From positions 102,603 through 166,602 of IMG/VR virus record IMGVR_UViG_3300048762_000252: 64,000 nucleotides of DNA, one strand, 5' to 3'. Shown here in pieces: positions 27,681 to 37,991 of this stretch. Below the pieces are notes generated by a model. That model saw only the letters and a program-made list of their open reading frames with translations. It searched no databases and was not told the DNA's origin. Within the stretch, counting starts at the first letter, position 1. Each line of letters opens with the position of its first letter. A program made the position numbers and the translations under genes. This DNA is from a virus (taxonomy: Duplodnaviria; Caudoviricetes).

Positions 27681-29074
27681 TTTCCGTTCCCTTCAAGTAC
27701 TTCATCGACAACCGCCGCAACGGAAGCGTCCAAAACCACTTCCGGTGTGATCTCTCGTACCACTTTGCAGCGAGAGATGATGGTCTGGTTTTCGCCCACG
27801 CCCAACGGGTTGCCATCGCAGTCCTTATTCTTGTTGTAGACTTCGTGCGACTTCACCGTGCCCTTGAGCACATAAGTGTGGCCTTCTTCCATTTCCGCAT
27901 TGCCACTTTTGAACCACGTCATCCGGTTGCCATTGGTGTCCAGCATAATGTGAATTGTGGTGAGACCATAGTTACCTTCCCGACCGATGACTTTTTTGAG
28001 TGTAACCGTGAAGTCTTCCCGTTTGCCAACCGTGCCGACGAACTGTGAAACCGGACGGGTCTTCCTTTCGTATTCGATTCCGGCGATGCGATCCAGTTCA
28101 CGCTGATAGGCTGAAATCATGGAGACGGCCAGACCAAAATTGCGGAGAGTGATGAATTCCATGTTGGCGACAACATGAAGGTTCCAAAGATAATCCTGCG
28201 CTTCGGTAGGATTCAGGTTCGCCGCCCAATCTTGCGCCAACTGAGCCTTCGCCTTGTCCGAATCTTCGACCTTGTAGGCATCCTTCGCTTCTCGCTCTTC
28301 CTGCGCTTTGCGGCTAGAACCAGTAACCGGCGAAAACAGCCATGCGACCCTACTTGAAGTGGTGGTAACCGAATCGCCGTTCTGGCCGAAAATTTTCTGC
28401 GCCGCCGCTTTGCTCATAAAACCATCCCGGCGAATCACGCAAGCGGCTGCTTCCAGAACTTCCAGCAGCGTGTAATACCGTTCGCCGTGGCCCATACCGC
28501 CACCGAAACCGTCCATCATGTCTTCCAACTGGCTGATGATTTCAGCCCACGAAGCAACGGCTTCAGGTGATTTGTGGCCGGTGAAATCCGTCAAGCAAGT
28601 GCGTCCAACCTGCGCCTGACGACCATCATCATTGCGAACGATGTAGGTGTCCTTCCGGCGACGATCATAACCGCAGTGGTCGCAAATCGGAGCGCTGGTG
28701 CGAAATTTGATGTCAAAAGATTCGGTAGTGAAAGGCGGCACGGCCCGAAGGATGTTTCCACCGTCAGTGTGCTCAATAACGGCAGCGATGGCCCAACCAT
28801 TCAACTTCGGAGCAGAACCGGAAACCGTAACCAAGATACGTTTTTCAAGGTGGGTGTGCGGTGCGACGTAACGACGGCCCTGATTGAATTCGTCGTAATC
28901 TTCGTCTTCGGGGCGATGATCCTGAACATCGATCATCTTTTCGCCAGTCACGGTGAGAACGATGGGTTCGCAGCCTAATTTTGCAGCCCGTTTGTTGAGC
29001 TTTGCCAGCTTTTCTTCAAGAGCGGGCATATTCTCAACCGGGATCTGGAAAACCTTTGGTTCGTTGTCAATCAT
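27677..29074 (-). CDS. phage protein with Zn site and C-terminal OB fold
   Basis: CDHC..R..QVGRTCL; VGTVGKRE...LKGTVKSH. Confidence 0.7.
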   Translation of the reverse strand: MIDNEPKVFQIPVENMPALEEKLAKLNKRAAKLGCEPIVLTVTGEKMIDVQDHRPEDEDYDEFNQGRRYVAPHTHLEKRILVTVSGSAPKLNGWAIAAVIEHTDGGNILRAVPPFTTESFDIKFRTSAPICDHCGYDRRRKDTYIVRNDDGRQAQVGRTCLTDFTGHKSPEAVASWAEIISQLEDMMDGFGGGMGHGERYYTLLEVLEAAACVIRRDGFMSKAAAQKIFGQNGDSVTTTSSRVAWLFSPVTGSSRKAQEEREAKDAYKVEDSDKAKAQLAQDWAANLNPTEAQDYLWNLHVVANMEFITLRNFGLAVSMISAYQRELDRIAGIEYERKTRPVSQFVGTVGKREDFTVTLKKVIGREGNYGLTTIHIMLDTNGNRMTWFKSGNAEMEEGHTYVLKGTVKSHEVYNKNKDCDGNPLGVGENQTIISRCKVVREITPEVVLDASVAAVVDEVLEGNGK

Positions 29075-29154
29075 GATTAAAGAATAGCACATTTGCTACA
29101 TCTAAGTCAAGATTGATTTCTCAGCACCAGCCCAAATTATTGAAATGATTGGGG

Positions 29155-29544
29155 TTAAGCCGTCTGAATATTGAAATGCGGAGCCGGTGCTTGCGGCGGA
29201 ACTCGATCAACCAAACCCTTGCTGACAGCACGCTCATAATCCAAGCCACCTGGACGGCGGTGGTAGGCAATGTGCGCCAGACGCCGAAATTCTCGCATAT
29301 CAATCTCATCACGGAAAAACAGATTGTTGTCGATTGCTGATTCCAAAGCAAACTGGCGAGCGTGTTCTTTATCGAATGGATCGAACACGAAACGAGCAAC
29401 CCGGCCTTCGGCAACGATTTGTTCCGTATCTCGGTCACCAGTTTTGATTCGAGCGAACGTATAATTGCGGGTCTTTTTGCCTTTCTTCCGGCTTTCGTAT
29501 TGGAACTCAATCCAGTACACTACATCTCGATATGTAAATTTCAT
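29155..29544 (-). CDS. hypothetical protein
   Basis: GAAGGAG RBS, promoter upstream. Confidence 0.65.
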   Translation of the reverse strand: MKFTYRDVVYWIEFQYESRKKGKKTRNYTFARIKTGDRDTEQIVAEGRVARFVFDPFDKEHARQFALESAIDNNLFFRDEIDMREFRRLAHIAYHRRPGGLDYERAVSKGLVDRVPPQAPAPHFNIQTA

Positions 29545-29592
29545 AATGCTCCTTCACATACAAGAATAGCACAAAGCAGCTTTCACTGCAAA

Positions 29593-29766
29593 TCAGAAAA
29601 TTTCAATCTCCACCGGCACGAAGCGCTGACCATTTTGAATGATCGCTTGGCCTATGCTGGCAATCATCCATTGCTGTCCGTTCCATTCAAATTGGTGGCC
29701 TACCCACAAACCTTCACCGATCAGTTCTTCAAATTTTTCAACCGGCAGCAAATGTGTTTGGGTCAT
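29593..29766 (-). CDS. 57-aa hypothetical protein (not in ORF track)
   Basis: ATGA overlap with the gp62 stop. Confidence 0.55.
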   Translation of the reverse strand: MTQTHLLPVEKFEELIGEGLWVGHQFEWNGQQWMIASIGQAIIQNGQRFVPVEIEIF

Positions 29767-30170
29767 TTCTTTCTCTTGGTGAGTCCACCTTCGTTTAAGT
29801 AATCTCTAATCTCTTCGAGTTCATCCGGCGTATGAAGATCAATTACTTCCATCGCTTTTTCGGTGCTGTAGTCGTAATATCGTTTGATGAGATCCAAATC
29901 TTCCGGCACTACAGCTTTATGCAACTTAGCAAATCGCTTTGCTTTCGGCAAACCATAAAGCAGAAATTCATACTGTAATTGTGGGTCCAACAATGGCAGC
30001 TTGTTCAAAGCATTCACAATCAGAACGGCATCTTTGTGATAACTCAATAATCGATTGATGATGAAAGATGGGTAGCCAGTAATCACTGATGGATCAACTT
30101 CCAGATCTCTCATCACATTCTTTTTCGTACTGTTGATGGACGTTAAGTAAAGTCCTAAATCAGCGGGCAT
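29763..30170 (-). CDS. gp62: clamp loader small subunit
   Basis: YPSFIINR.LSY..D, QYEFL..K.KRF, YY.YS.EKA. Confidence 0.92.
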   Translation of the reverse strand: MPADLGLYLTSINSTKKNVMRDLEVDPSVITGYPSFIINRLLSYHKDAVLIVNALNKLPLLDPQLQYEFLLYGLPKAKRFAKLHKAVVPEDLDLIKRYYDYSTEKAMEVIDLHTPDELEEIRDYLNEGGLTKRKK

Positions 30171-30475
30171 TAGAATCCGCCTTGACCTTCACCACCAACA
30201 ATCTTGTATGGTCTCTGCCGCTTAGGTGCGCCATGTTGTTCCATACAGGCGACAGCCAACGCACCAATCTTACGAACGATGTGCAACGCCTTTTGATTGG
30301 CGGTTTCGTCTTCTTCATGGGTTACAATGTGAAGAGCTTCTTCAGTGTAGTCCTGAATATAGACCAGGAACTCTGTGATAGAATGAACTCCATGAGTTCC
30401 ATTTCCACCCCATTTTTCGTCCTGATAATCCCGTTCGCCATCAAATGCTTCGTATACTGCTGATCTTTTCGTCAT
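30170..30475 (-). CDS. hypothetical protein (all-alpha, MazG-like)
   Basis: ERDYQD.KW..KI.ALAVACME. Confidence 0.55.
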   Translation of the reverse strand: MTKRSAVYEAFDGERDYQDEKWGGNGTHGVHSITEFLVYIQDYTEEALHIVTHEEDETANQKALHIVRKIGALAVACMEQHGAPKRQRPYKIVGGEGQGGF

Positions 30476-30477
30476 AA

Positions 30478-30699
30478 TTACATCCCAAATTTCTTCTTGA
30501 GTTCGTCCATTGCAGCGCTGTCGTCAACATCACGATCTGTCTCACGTTGCATGATACATTTGACTCCAAATGGAGTTGCCAACAAAGTAGCAAAATGCCA
30601 TCCGGCTTTACCCAATTCGTTGAACTCTAATTCAATATCAGTCTGTTGAACTAGATTGATTACTTTTGATTCCCAAATTTTCATAAAATATGTCTCCAA
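30478..30699 (-). CDS. DUF4177-like small protein
   Basis: NELGKAGW motif. Confidence 0.55.
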   Translation of the reverse strand: METYFMKIWESKVINLVQQTDIELEFNELGKAGWHFATLLATPFGVKCIMQRETDRDVDDSAAMDELKKKFGM

Positions 30700-31961
30700 T
30701 TTCTATTAGTCGAAATTGCTGATATTGTTGATTGCGCCACATCCACTGTTTCATATAGTTTTGCCTTCACTCTACCTATCAATTCATTCCAATTACCACG
30801 TTCATTCTGCCAGAATAATATGTCCGATGTGTACCAAGTTGACTTCAGTGTGTCACGCACACCCCAACGCCAATCTGAATTGAGACCAATCATGATCCAC
30901 ACTGGCTTACCCATTGCACCCGCTACATGTCCTACGGCTGTATCCACAGTGATAACTAGGTCTAGGTTCGCTATCATTGCCGCTGTGCTATCGAAATCGT
31001 TGCCAGTAATATTTTGCAATCCTGATTCGTGGTCATCCTTCTGTAAGGAATAGAACGCAACTCCAGGAACATCAAGCAATGGTTTTAAAATCTTGAATGG
31101 AATAGATCTTTGTGCGTCTCGTGAATTTCTTGAGTTTCCACGCCAGCATAGGCCCACTCGAAAATTTTTATCATTGAAGTATGAAGAGTATCTAGCTTCC
31201 TTTATTGGATCAGCTTCGATATAAACCATCGGTGTAGGAATATAGTCATTCAACAATAATGGCAAACTTCCAATAGTCGCCCAACAATCAACCTTGTCTA
31301 CAGTTGCTAATTGTTCTGGCTTAGAATACACGGGAATAGTTGAAATAGATTGTAACAATGCATCCATTTTCGTTGGTATTTGAAGGTACACAACTACATT
31401 TCCCTTCTCACTGAGTGGTTTCAAATACCGAGCGAACATAATGTGGTCACCAATACCTTGTTCTCCTGCAACCAAAAGAGTACGCCCATTTAAATCATCG
31501 CCATTCCATACAGGAAGGTCTTTATTCTTTTCGCATAAATTCCGACGAACCATGCGATACTCCCAACTCTTCCAACCTTTTTCGTACTCCCGATTTCGTA
31601 GTAAATACTCACCTTCAGCAGCCAATAAAAAAGGATCGTTAGGAGCGTATCCTAATCCAACATACAATACTCGTTCCGATTCTTGATATTCCCATAGTAT
31701 TTCATTAATCCGCATCGCATAGACATACGGCGGCGGATAACTTGGGAATAACTTGATAGCTTTGTAGTAGTAATCCTTAGCTAACTCGTATTGTCCCAAT
31801 TTCTCAGCCGCAAGACCAGCAGCATCAATCAACTTTGGATGCTGCCAGAATAGATCAGATGCCGGAAGAATCGTAAGACACATTTCTGCTTTCCCAGTAT
31901 CAACCAACTTCTGACCAAACTTGAAAAGGTCATCTATTTCTTTATTGTGGGGCAAACTCAT
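30681..31961 (-). CDS. TPR + glycosyltransferase family 9 protein
   Basis: GW..WEYR, EQGIGD.IMFARY, VGLCW.G, DLVITVDTAV.H.AGA.GKP, DWRW. Confidence 0.88.
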   Translation of the reverse strand: MSLPHNKEIDDLFKFGQKLVDTGKAEMCLTILPASDLFWQHPKLIDAAGLAAEKLGQYELAKDYYYKAIKLFPSYPPPYVYAMRINEILWEYQESERVLYVGLGYAPNDPFLLAAEGEYLLRNREYEKGWKSWEYRMVRRNLCEKNKDLPVWNGDDLNGRTLLVAGEQGIGDHIMFARYLKPLSEKGNVVVYLQIPTKMDALLQSISTIPVYSKPEQLATVDKVDCWATIGSLPLLLNDYIPTPMVYIEADPIKEARYSSYFNDKNFRVGLCWRGNSRNSRDAQRSIPFKILKPLLDVPGVAFYSLQKDDHESGLQNITGNDFDSTAAMIANLDLVITVDTAVGHVAGAMGKPVWIMIGLNSDWRWGVRDTLKSTWYTSDILFWQNERGNWNELIGRVKAKLYETVDVAQSTISAISTNRNWRHIL

Positions 31962-31964
31962 TTT

Positions 31965-32024
31965 CCTTAGCTTACCATACCCGACCTGTCCGCACCGCAC
32001 CTTGACCTATCACACCAAACCTTA
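31965..32024 (-). repeat. degenerate (NNNGG)x12 pentamer tract
   Basis: TAAGG TTTGG TGTGA TAGGT CAAGG TGCGG TGCGG ACAGG TCGGG TATGG TAAGC TAAGG. Confidence 0.7.
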
Positions 32025-32960
32025 TTTGAATTTTGCAATCTGCATCAGTTCAGTTAAAAACGCACACAAATGAACTTCATGGTCGCTTACAAACGCTGCT
32101 TGATATTGATAATTTCCAATTAGAAGCACAATATCTGGTATGGTTTCACGATCAAAAATATCATACATACCATCGTAAATTCGCCGCATGACACGCACAG
32201 AGTCATTATCGTTATGAAGGGCGCACCATGTTCGCATTGTTCTGAAATCACGATCTTTAATGGCTTTGTACAAATCTCCCACCGGAGCGTCTTTGATTTG
32301 CTCCATGATACCAGCATCGATCTTTCCCTGCTTGGAGTACCGCTGAAGTTCATTAATAGTTCGACGCATGTCAGGCCAGTGTTTTAAAATCAACTGCGCC
32401 AAGACTTGTGGTTCATAAGGAATCTGTTCAGTATCGAGAATCACACGCAGTCGCTTGAGAAACTGCTTCTGCATGTCAGCTTTGTCATCTTTTGAAATAT
32501 GAAATTCAATGACCGGCGCTCTCGAATGTAATTCAGGAATGATACGATTTGGATGGTTGCATGTGAAAATAAAAGACGTGTTCACTGCAAACTCTTCAAT
32601 AAAACTACGAAGTGCCGGTTGAGTTGAATTTGCGTTTGCGTAATCAAATTCATCAAAAATAATTGCTTTTCGATCACCAGTAAAACTTTGAGTTGATGCA
32701 AATTCTCGAACCTCTGTACGAATCGTGTCAATGTTACCTCGTTCTGAAGAATTGATAATAAGATAACTGATATCTAACTCATCACAAATGGCTCGTGCCA
32801 CGCTGGTTTTTCCCACCCCCGCTTTACCAGATAGGATCATATTCAAAATCACACCAGAATTGACAATTTCTTGAAAAGTAGTTTTTAGGGCTGGTGGTAA
32901 GATACAATCTGCGATTGTATGGGGTCTATAAAGTTCGACCCACAAAACTTGCTTCATCAT
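32022..32960 (-). CDS. gp44: clamp loader large subunit
   Basis: WVE.YRP, G.AGVGKT, DEFD, FI.TCN, SR. Confidence 0.97.
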   Translation of the reverse strand: MMKQVLWVELYRPHTIADCILPPALKTTFQEIVNSGVILNMILSGKAGVGKTSVARAICDELDISYLIINSSERGNIDTIRTEVREFASTQSFTGDRKAIIFDEFDYANANSTQPALRSFIEEFAVNTSFIFTCNHPNRIIPELHSRAPVIEFHISKDDKADMQKQFLKRLRVILDTEQIPYEPQVLAQLILKHWPDMRRTINELQRYSKQGKIDAGIMEQIKDAPVGDLYKAIKDRDFRTMRTWCALHNDNDSVRVMRRIYDGMYDIFDRETIPDIVLLIGNYQYQAAFVSDHEVHLCAFLTELMQIAKFK

Positions 32961-32962
32961 AA

Positions 32963-33658
32963 TTATTCTTCGTCTTCAGTTCCAAACGTTGAAGTCGTAG
33001 GTTCCACACCGACAACATAAGTCAAATCGTAACCACTGGTATTCTTGAAAATCGTGAACTTAGGTCCGACTTTCCCGGTATAAGAACCTTTTAGCAAAGG
33101 CATATCATCCCGATTGTATACCATGTTACATTGAATTCCATGTGCATCAGCATCAAGCACGATAGAAAAAGAACTTCCACTCGTGTTTTTGTGATTAACG
33201 GTTTCAATGCGGACTACTTTGCCGTCCGATGTGACTTTGACTTCTGGTACAGAAAGAATGGAGATGGCTTTTTGTAGTTTGGTCCATTGATCTTCGGTAA
33301 GAACAAAGTCGATCCCATCTTCAGAAATTTGCATTACTTTTTGCTTTGGAATAGTTCCGCCACTGACGATACCAGGAGCGGCGTACACATACTTAGTTTC
33401 TGCCTTTCCGTCTGTTTCTGCAATGCGTAAGCAATCATCACCAAAATCCAGTACCGGGTCATCATAAAGTCCAATGATGTTAAGCAACTGGCTTAGATCA
33501 AATATGCCAACTTCTTTTTCAATGGTTTCAGTAATGGTGGCGTCAGCAATAAGTGATTCTTTGCGTGAATATAGTTTATTTCCTGGGTGCAACACAATGC
33601 CTTTGTTAATGGCTGTGAAGTTTTTCAGGAGTGTTAGAGTGTTCTGTGAGAGTTTCAT
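32963..33658 (-). CDS. gp45: sliding clamp
   Basis: MKLSQNTL.LLKNF..IN, GI.DL; adjacent to gp44. Confidence 0.92.
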   Translation of the reverse strand: MKLSQNTLTLLKNFTAINKGIVLHPGNKLYSRKESLIADATITETIEKEVGIFDLSQLLNIIGLYDDPVLDFGDDCLRIAETDGKAETKYVYAAPGIVSGGTIPKQKVMQISEDGIDFVLTEDQWTKLQKAISILSVPEVKVTSDGKVVRIETVNHKNTSGSSFSIVLDADAHGIQCNMVYNRDDMPLLKGSYTGKVGPKFTIFKNTSGYDLTYVVGVEPTTSTFGTEDEE

Positions 33659-33661
33659 AAT

Positions 33662-33934
33662 TTATTCTCCGATGTAAAATTCTAATGCACCATCTACATC
33701 TCTTGGTGTAAGTTCAGAAACATTAGTTTTACCAAAATCAAAATGAAGACTGGCGGAACCATCGCCGTCTACTACTAATACAAGCCTACGACTTGCTCCT
33801 ATGCGACAACAATGTTCTGCCGTTTTCAAAAATTGAGCGAATGTATTCAGGTCATTATCATCTTGTGATGTTACTTTGATATTAAGATATGGCATTTTAT
33901 TTTCCATCCCGTTCAAAAATGCGTTGCCGTACAT
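33662..33934 (-). CDS. hypothetical protein
   Basis: GASR...VDGDG motif. Confidence 0.55.
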   Translation of the reverse strand: MYGNAFLNGMENKMPYLNIKVTSQDDNDLNTFAQFLKTAEHCCRIGASRRLVLVVDGDGSASLHFDFGKTNVSELTPRDVDGALEFYIGE

Positions 33935-34003
33935 AGATAAGTAAATCGAGTGTATTACGATACAATTTTTCTTTTTCTTTAAATGGTGATTTGGGAGTAA
34001 ATT

Positions 34004-34363
34004 CTAACCCGCATTTAATACAGGATTTTGAACTAAAATTAATTCCAACAAAGAAACACTTTCGGCAAGATCTTCCATTCCTTGATACCGAAGCGCCACA
34101 AGTTTGACAAGTAGGGTTTGTAAATCTCTTCCTAACCATTTAAGTTCCGTCTGAAGTTGTTCACTATAAACAATAGCATCTAATAATTCCTCTGAAAAAT
34201 CTTGAAGTGCATTTCTACCATTATGTGGTTGAAGCGGTGTCCCATATTTTTTACGCCCAAGTGCATCACGCTGGCGCATTCTTTCAATTACAAGATCCCA
34301 ACAGGCAGGTTTGGAATTTTGAATAGGATCAGGTTGTTCTGTAGCAGAATATTCGTTTGACAT
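34004..34363 (-). CDS. hypothetical protein (MazG-like fold)
   Basis: R..G..KYGTPLQ..NGR..EELLDA.VY. Confidence 0.6.
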   Translation of the reverse strand: MSNEYSATEQPDPIQNSKPACWDLVIERMRQRDALGRKKYGTPLQPHNGRNALQDFSEELLDAIVYSEQLQTELKWLGRDLQTLLVKLVALRYQGMEDLAESVSLLELILVQNPVLNAG

Positions 34364-34601
34364 TTAGTTCATAGGCACATTCTTTCGTGCTTCAGAACTA
34401 GGATACCGCAGATTTGAGATATGTCAAGTCAGAGGATGTATCTACAACTATTCATCCAAACTCAAAAGAAATTCGTTGCATTCCTTGTAGTCACTTTACC
34501 GTTCTTAATGCGGATCTCAAAAGTCACACCTTCAAGCAACGTGTCACCAAAGGAATACCCATCCAGATACGCCATAGGAATGTCGCCGCATTTTTCACAG
34601 T

Positions 34602-34838
34602 TCATTTTTGGCATACACTAATTTCTTTCCATTCTTCACCGGTATCAATATTGCGCCAGCGAGGATTATTATGTAAATCTTGACCAAAATAAAGAACAGT
34701 TTCTTTGTCTCCCTGAATGCAACGAATGAATTGTGGTTTGATGGCGACATACTCTGCTTCAATCGTTTTAGTTGTTTTATTATTGCCGCTATGATCTCGA
34801 TCATCGGCATATAATATAATTATCATAAACTGCTCCAA
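34602..34838 (-). CDS. hypothetical protein
   Basis: ORF in operon. Confidence 0.5.
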   Translation of the reverse strand: MEQFMIIILYADDRDHSGNNKTTKTIEAEYVAIKPQFIRCIQGDKETVLYFGQDLHNNPRWRNIDTGEEWKEISVCQK

Positions 34839-35035
34839 TCAAATGAGTCCAAAAATCGAAGAATAGCATAAAATATTACACCACTACCAAACATGATGTA
34901 TCCGCCGCCAAGATTTTTCACATACCCAACTCCAATAGACAAAAACATCAGCCCGATTAGATACACCCGCCCAATAGGACCAACTTCAACTTTACTCAAC
35001 CACTTAACGAATCGTTCGAGCATCATAACCTCCAT
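34823..35035 (-). CDS. small membrane protein
   Basis: Two hydrophobic segments, GGAGG RBS. Confidence 0.6.
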   Translation of the reverse strand: MEVMMLERFVKWLSKVEVGPIGRVYLIGLMFLSIGVGYVKNLGGGYIMFGSGVIFYAILRFLDSFDWSSL

Positions 35036-35043
35036 GTCCGATG

Positions 35044-35937
35044 TTAATAATTGTTGGATGTTTCTAACAATTTCTTAATTCTACTTATTGTAGTTCTATG
35101 AAGACCATAATCCTTAGCTAAAGTAGAAACTCGCTCTCCACTTTGTAGTCGAACAAGGATGTCTTCTTTTTGTTGAAGCGACAAATTCTTCTTCGTTTGC
35201 GGGCCGGTGATTTTACACATCGTGACTTCATGAACACCATATTCTTTAGCTAAAGCAGAAACTCGTTCTCCATTTTGAAATCGAATACGAATGTTTTCTT
35301 CCTGTTGAATTGACAATTTTTTCTTAAACCGAGTAGATTTGCCATTTTCTAAAAATCTTTGAACACGATCAGATCTCTTTTCAAGTGATAATATGTCCCA
35401 CATTGCTTGACTGGCTGCACTTATCACTTGCCTAATTTCTGGCGGTTGCACTCTTCCCAAACTCCGTTTGTTGCCCTTCAGAACTTCACTCTTTCGTTTA
35501 CGGACTTCTTCGGAGTCTTTGCAACCAACACGATATTTGTTTCCGGTACTGGCAACACGAAGTTTTTGTTTTGTTTCTTCGGTACATGGCTGTGATTTTC
35601 TCTTATCCACTACACGACCAACTGCGCCCATTACTTTTCTATTCATGTTGTAGCCGTGCTGATGAATGCCACTCTGATATTGTTCTATCAATGCCGGTTC
35701 TACAAATTCGAGCATCGCCAATTTATCTCTGCCACAACATACCACTTCAAAATGAAAATGTTCCCATCCATGTTTTCGAATAGCTTGATGAAATATGTAC
35801 CCCTTACCTTTATCAGCATCTCGTTTGTGTTCACGCCATCTCATTTGCGGATTAGTGGCAAAACCAATGTAAATCTTGCCATTGACATCGTTGGTAGCCT
35901 TATAACAATAATAAATTTTGCATGAATTTTGTTCCAT
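35044..35937 (-). CDS. GIY-YIG homing endonuclease (NUMOD3, tandem HTH)
   Basis: YCYKATN..NGKIYIG..RW.EH, AIRKHG, GYN; duplicated GERVS.LAK.YG.H. Confidence 0.9.
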   Translation of the reverse strand: MEQNSCKIYYCYKATNDVNGKIYIGFATNPQMRWREHKRDADKGKGYIFHQAIRKHGWEHFHFEVVCCGRDKLAMLEFVEPALIEQYQSGIHQHGYNMNRKVMGAVGRVVDKRKSQPCTEETKQKLRVASTGNKYRVGCKDSEEVRKRKSEVLKGNKRSLGRVQPPEIRQVISAASQAMWDILSLEKRSDRVQRFLENGKSTRFKKKLSIQQEENIRIRFQNGERVSALAKEYGVHEVTMCKITGPQTKKNLSLQQKEDILVRLQSGERVSTLAKDYGLHRTTISRIKKLLETSNNY

Positions 35938-35969
35938 GCAAACTATTTATACAAAGCGTGGGTTTTAAG

Positions 35970-37181
35970 TCAAAACGAAGTTTCAGGGTCAATTCCACGT
36001 TTCATTGCGTCTTCTGTGCGCTTTGCTTCTTCTTCTTTTTTGCCCCAATCTTCGTCAATCAACTTGTAGTATTCCAAGAGCGCAGTTTGCACATGCGTCT
36101 GAAAGCGAGAGACAGAACGTTGAATTGCTTTTTTGCGATCCTTACTGTACATGTCATACGACCGGCAAATATGAACCAATCGCCGAGTTGTAATAACTTC
36201 GCTGATGGCTTGCTCTTCGTAAGCTTTGCGAACTTTTGCTCCCCATGAAATCAACCGCTCAACAAAAGTAGCTTCTTTCGGATTATTGTGTCCAAGCGAA
36301 GTCAAAACCTTTGTGAGAATTTGCCGCTCCACATCCATGGGCGGGTAGTCTTGATCGAAGAAGTTGACATAGCGATCCAACATGGCTTCATTCATGACGT
36401 TAGTACCGATGAACTTGCCGCTATCGCTACCTTGACCCTTTGTGTTAGCCGTCGCCACTAAATTGAAACCCGGTTGCGGAGTAATAACTTTACCAAGCCG
36501 TTTGATTGGAAAAGGACGGTTCTGAAGTGCTGTTTGCAAACACATCAATTTCTCGTCGCCAAGATCTGTTTCATCCAACAAAACCGTAACACCAAGCAGA
36601 GCACCCATTGTAATCGGACCAAAAAATGGAACGGTGTCTCCTTTCCATAGACGGAGACCACCAAGCAAAGCGTCCTCATCCGCCTCACGGGTGATCGGAA
36701 CAATGATAAGCTGTTTCTTCAGGCGGGCGTGCGCTTGTTCAATGGAAAGAGTTTTGCCGTTACCACTGAGACCATAAATCCAGTACGGAAAAAATTTGTT
36801 GCTCTTCGCAATAGTCTCTGCATCGTAATAGTTTCCAAAAGGTACATAAAGCGGATCTTCTGGTGGAACTACAGCGGCGTTTGAAAGGTCAAATGGAATT
36901 TTTTCAGTATCGAAACTTCCCATCCCGTTATCCAGATCACGCACACCGTTTAAATCGATTTTTGGCATTTTGGGTTTCTTCAAGAAAAATTCTGGAATTT
37001 TGTATGTGCCATTGCCAATTTTATATTCACCATTAACCCATAACCAAGTCGGGTCCGGTGCGCCATGTTTTTCAACCAATTCTTGAATCTGCTGGCGTGT
37101 AATAATTTCCACATTTGCGCCGTGAACTTTTTGAAAGACATCAATAAACGCCTGCTTTTCTTCATTTGGTATCGTCTTCAT
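35970..37181 (-). CDS. MoxR/CobS-like AAA+ ATPase
   Basis: GLSGNGKT, LLDE.D, ATANTKG.G, NEA.LDR, TTRRL. Confidence 0.9.
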   Translation of the reverse strand: MKTIPNEEKQAFIDVFQKVHGANVEIITRQQIQELVEKHGAPDPTWLWVNGEYKIGNGTYKIPEFFLKKPKMPKIDLNGVRDLDNGMGSFDTEKIPFDLSNAAVVPPEDPLYVPFGNYYDAETIAKSNKFFPYWIYGLSGNGKTLSIEQAHARLKKQLIIVPITREADEDALLGGLRLWKGDTVPFFGPITMGALLGVTVLLDETDLGDEKLMCLQTALQNRPFPIKRLGKVITPQPGFNLVATANTKGQGSDSGKFIGTNVMNEAMLDRYVNFFDQDYPPMDVERQILTKVLTSLGHNNPKEATFVERLISWGAKVRKAYEEQAISEVITTRRLVHICRSYDMYSKDRKKAIQRSVSRFQTHVQTALLEYYKLIDEDWGKKEEEAKRTEDAMKRGIDPETSF

Positions 37182-37277
37182 CTATACCAGTTTAACACAA
37201 GGTGCGTATAAATACAAGCGGTGGATGTGACGCCAGAAACGCCGCACCCACCTAAACAAAGCACTAACAGGAGCGCA

Positions 37278-37991
37278 ATGTCTAACGATAATTTAGCATC
37301 GAAATATTTTGAAGGAAAGCCATGCCGGAAGTGTGGATCTACAAGAAGGTATGTGAAGGATAAAAAATGCGTTGATTGCAGTCATGAGAGCAATCAAAAA
37401 TATTATCAAACAAATTTAGAAAAGATTTCTAAGAAAAGTCATAAACGATATCAAGAAAATCCAGAAAAAAAACGTCGGAATAAAAAATGGCAGCAAGAAA
37501 ATTTAGAAAAATGTCGTGAATACAATCGTAAACATCGCCATCTAGAAAATAGTTGCGAGCATCAACGTAAATATCAACAAAAATATCGAAAAGAGAATCC
37601 AGGAAAATCTCGTGAAAATAATCGGATATCACATATAAAAACTCGTGCCAAGCGATCAGGAGCCGAAGGTTTTCATTCCACGCAACAATGGATCAATTTA
37701 AAAGAACAATATGGCAATCATTGTCTTGACTGCGGCATTCATGAATCAAAATTAACTAGTCGTCGGAAAGCCGAAAGACATTTAACACCAGATCATATCA
37801 TTCCACTATCAAGAGGTGGCACAAATTGGATTTCAAACATTCAACCTTTATGTTTGCCATGTAATGTTAAAAATTGGAAACATTATTTAAGAACTGGATA
37901 TCAAATAGATTTTCGTAATCCTAAGCTATCATGCCAACGAAATGGTCCAAAAGAATTCGTTGCTTCATTAAGTTCTGTCCCTGTGCTATAA
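37278..37991 (+). CDS. HNH endonuclease, paralog of 24917..25636
   Basis: DHIIPLSRGGTNWISNIQPLC..CN; AGGAG RBS. Confidence 0.9.
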   Translation: MSNDNLASKYFEGKPCRKCGSTRRYVKDKKCVDCSHESNQKYYQTNLEKISKKSHKRYQENPEKKRRNKKWQQENLEKCREYNRKHRHLENSCEHQRKYQQKYRKENPGKSRENNRISHIKTRAKRSGAEGFHSTQQWINLKEQYGNHCLDCGIHESKLTSRRKAERHLTPDHIIPLSRGGTNWISNIQPLCLPCNVKNWKHYLRTGYQIDFRNPKLSCQRNGPKEFVASLSSVPVL

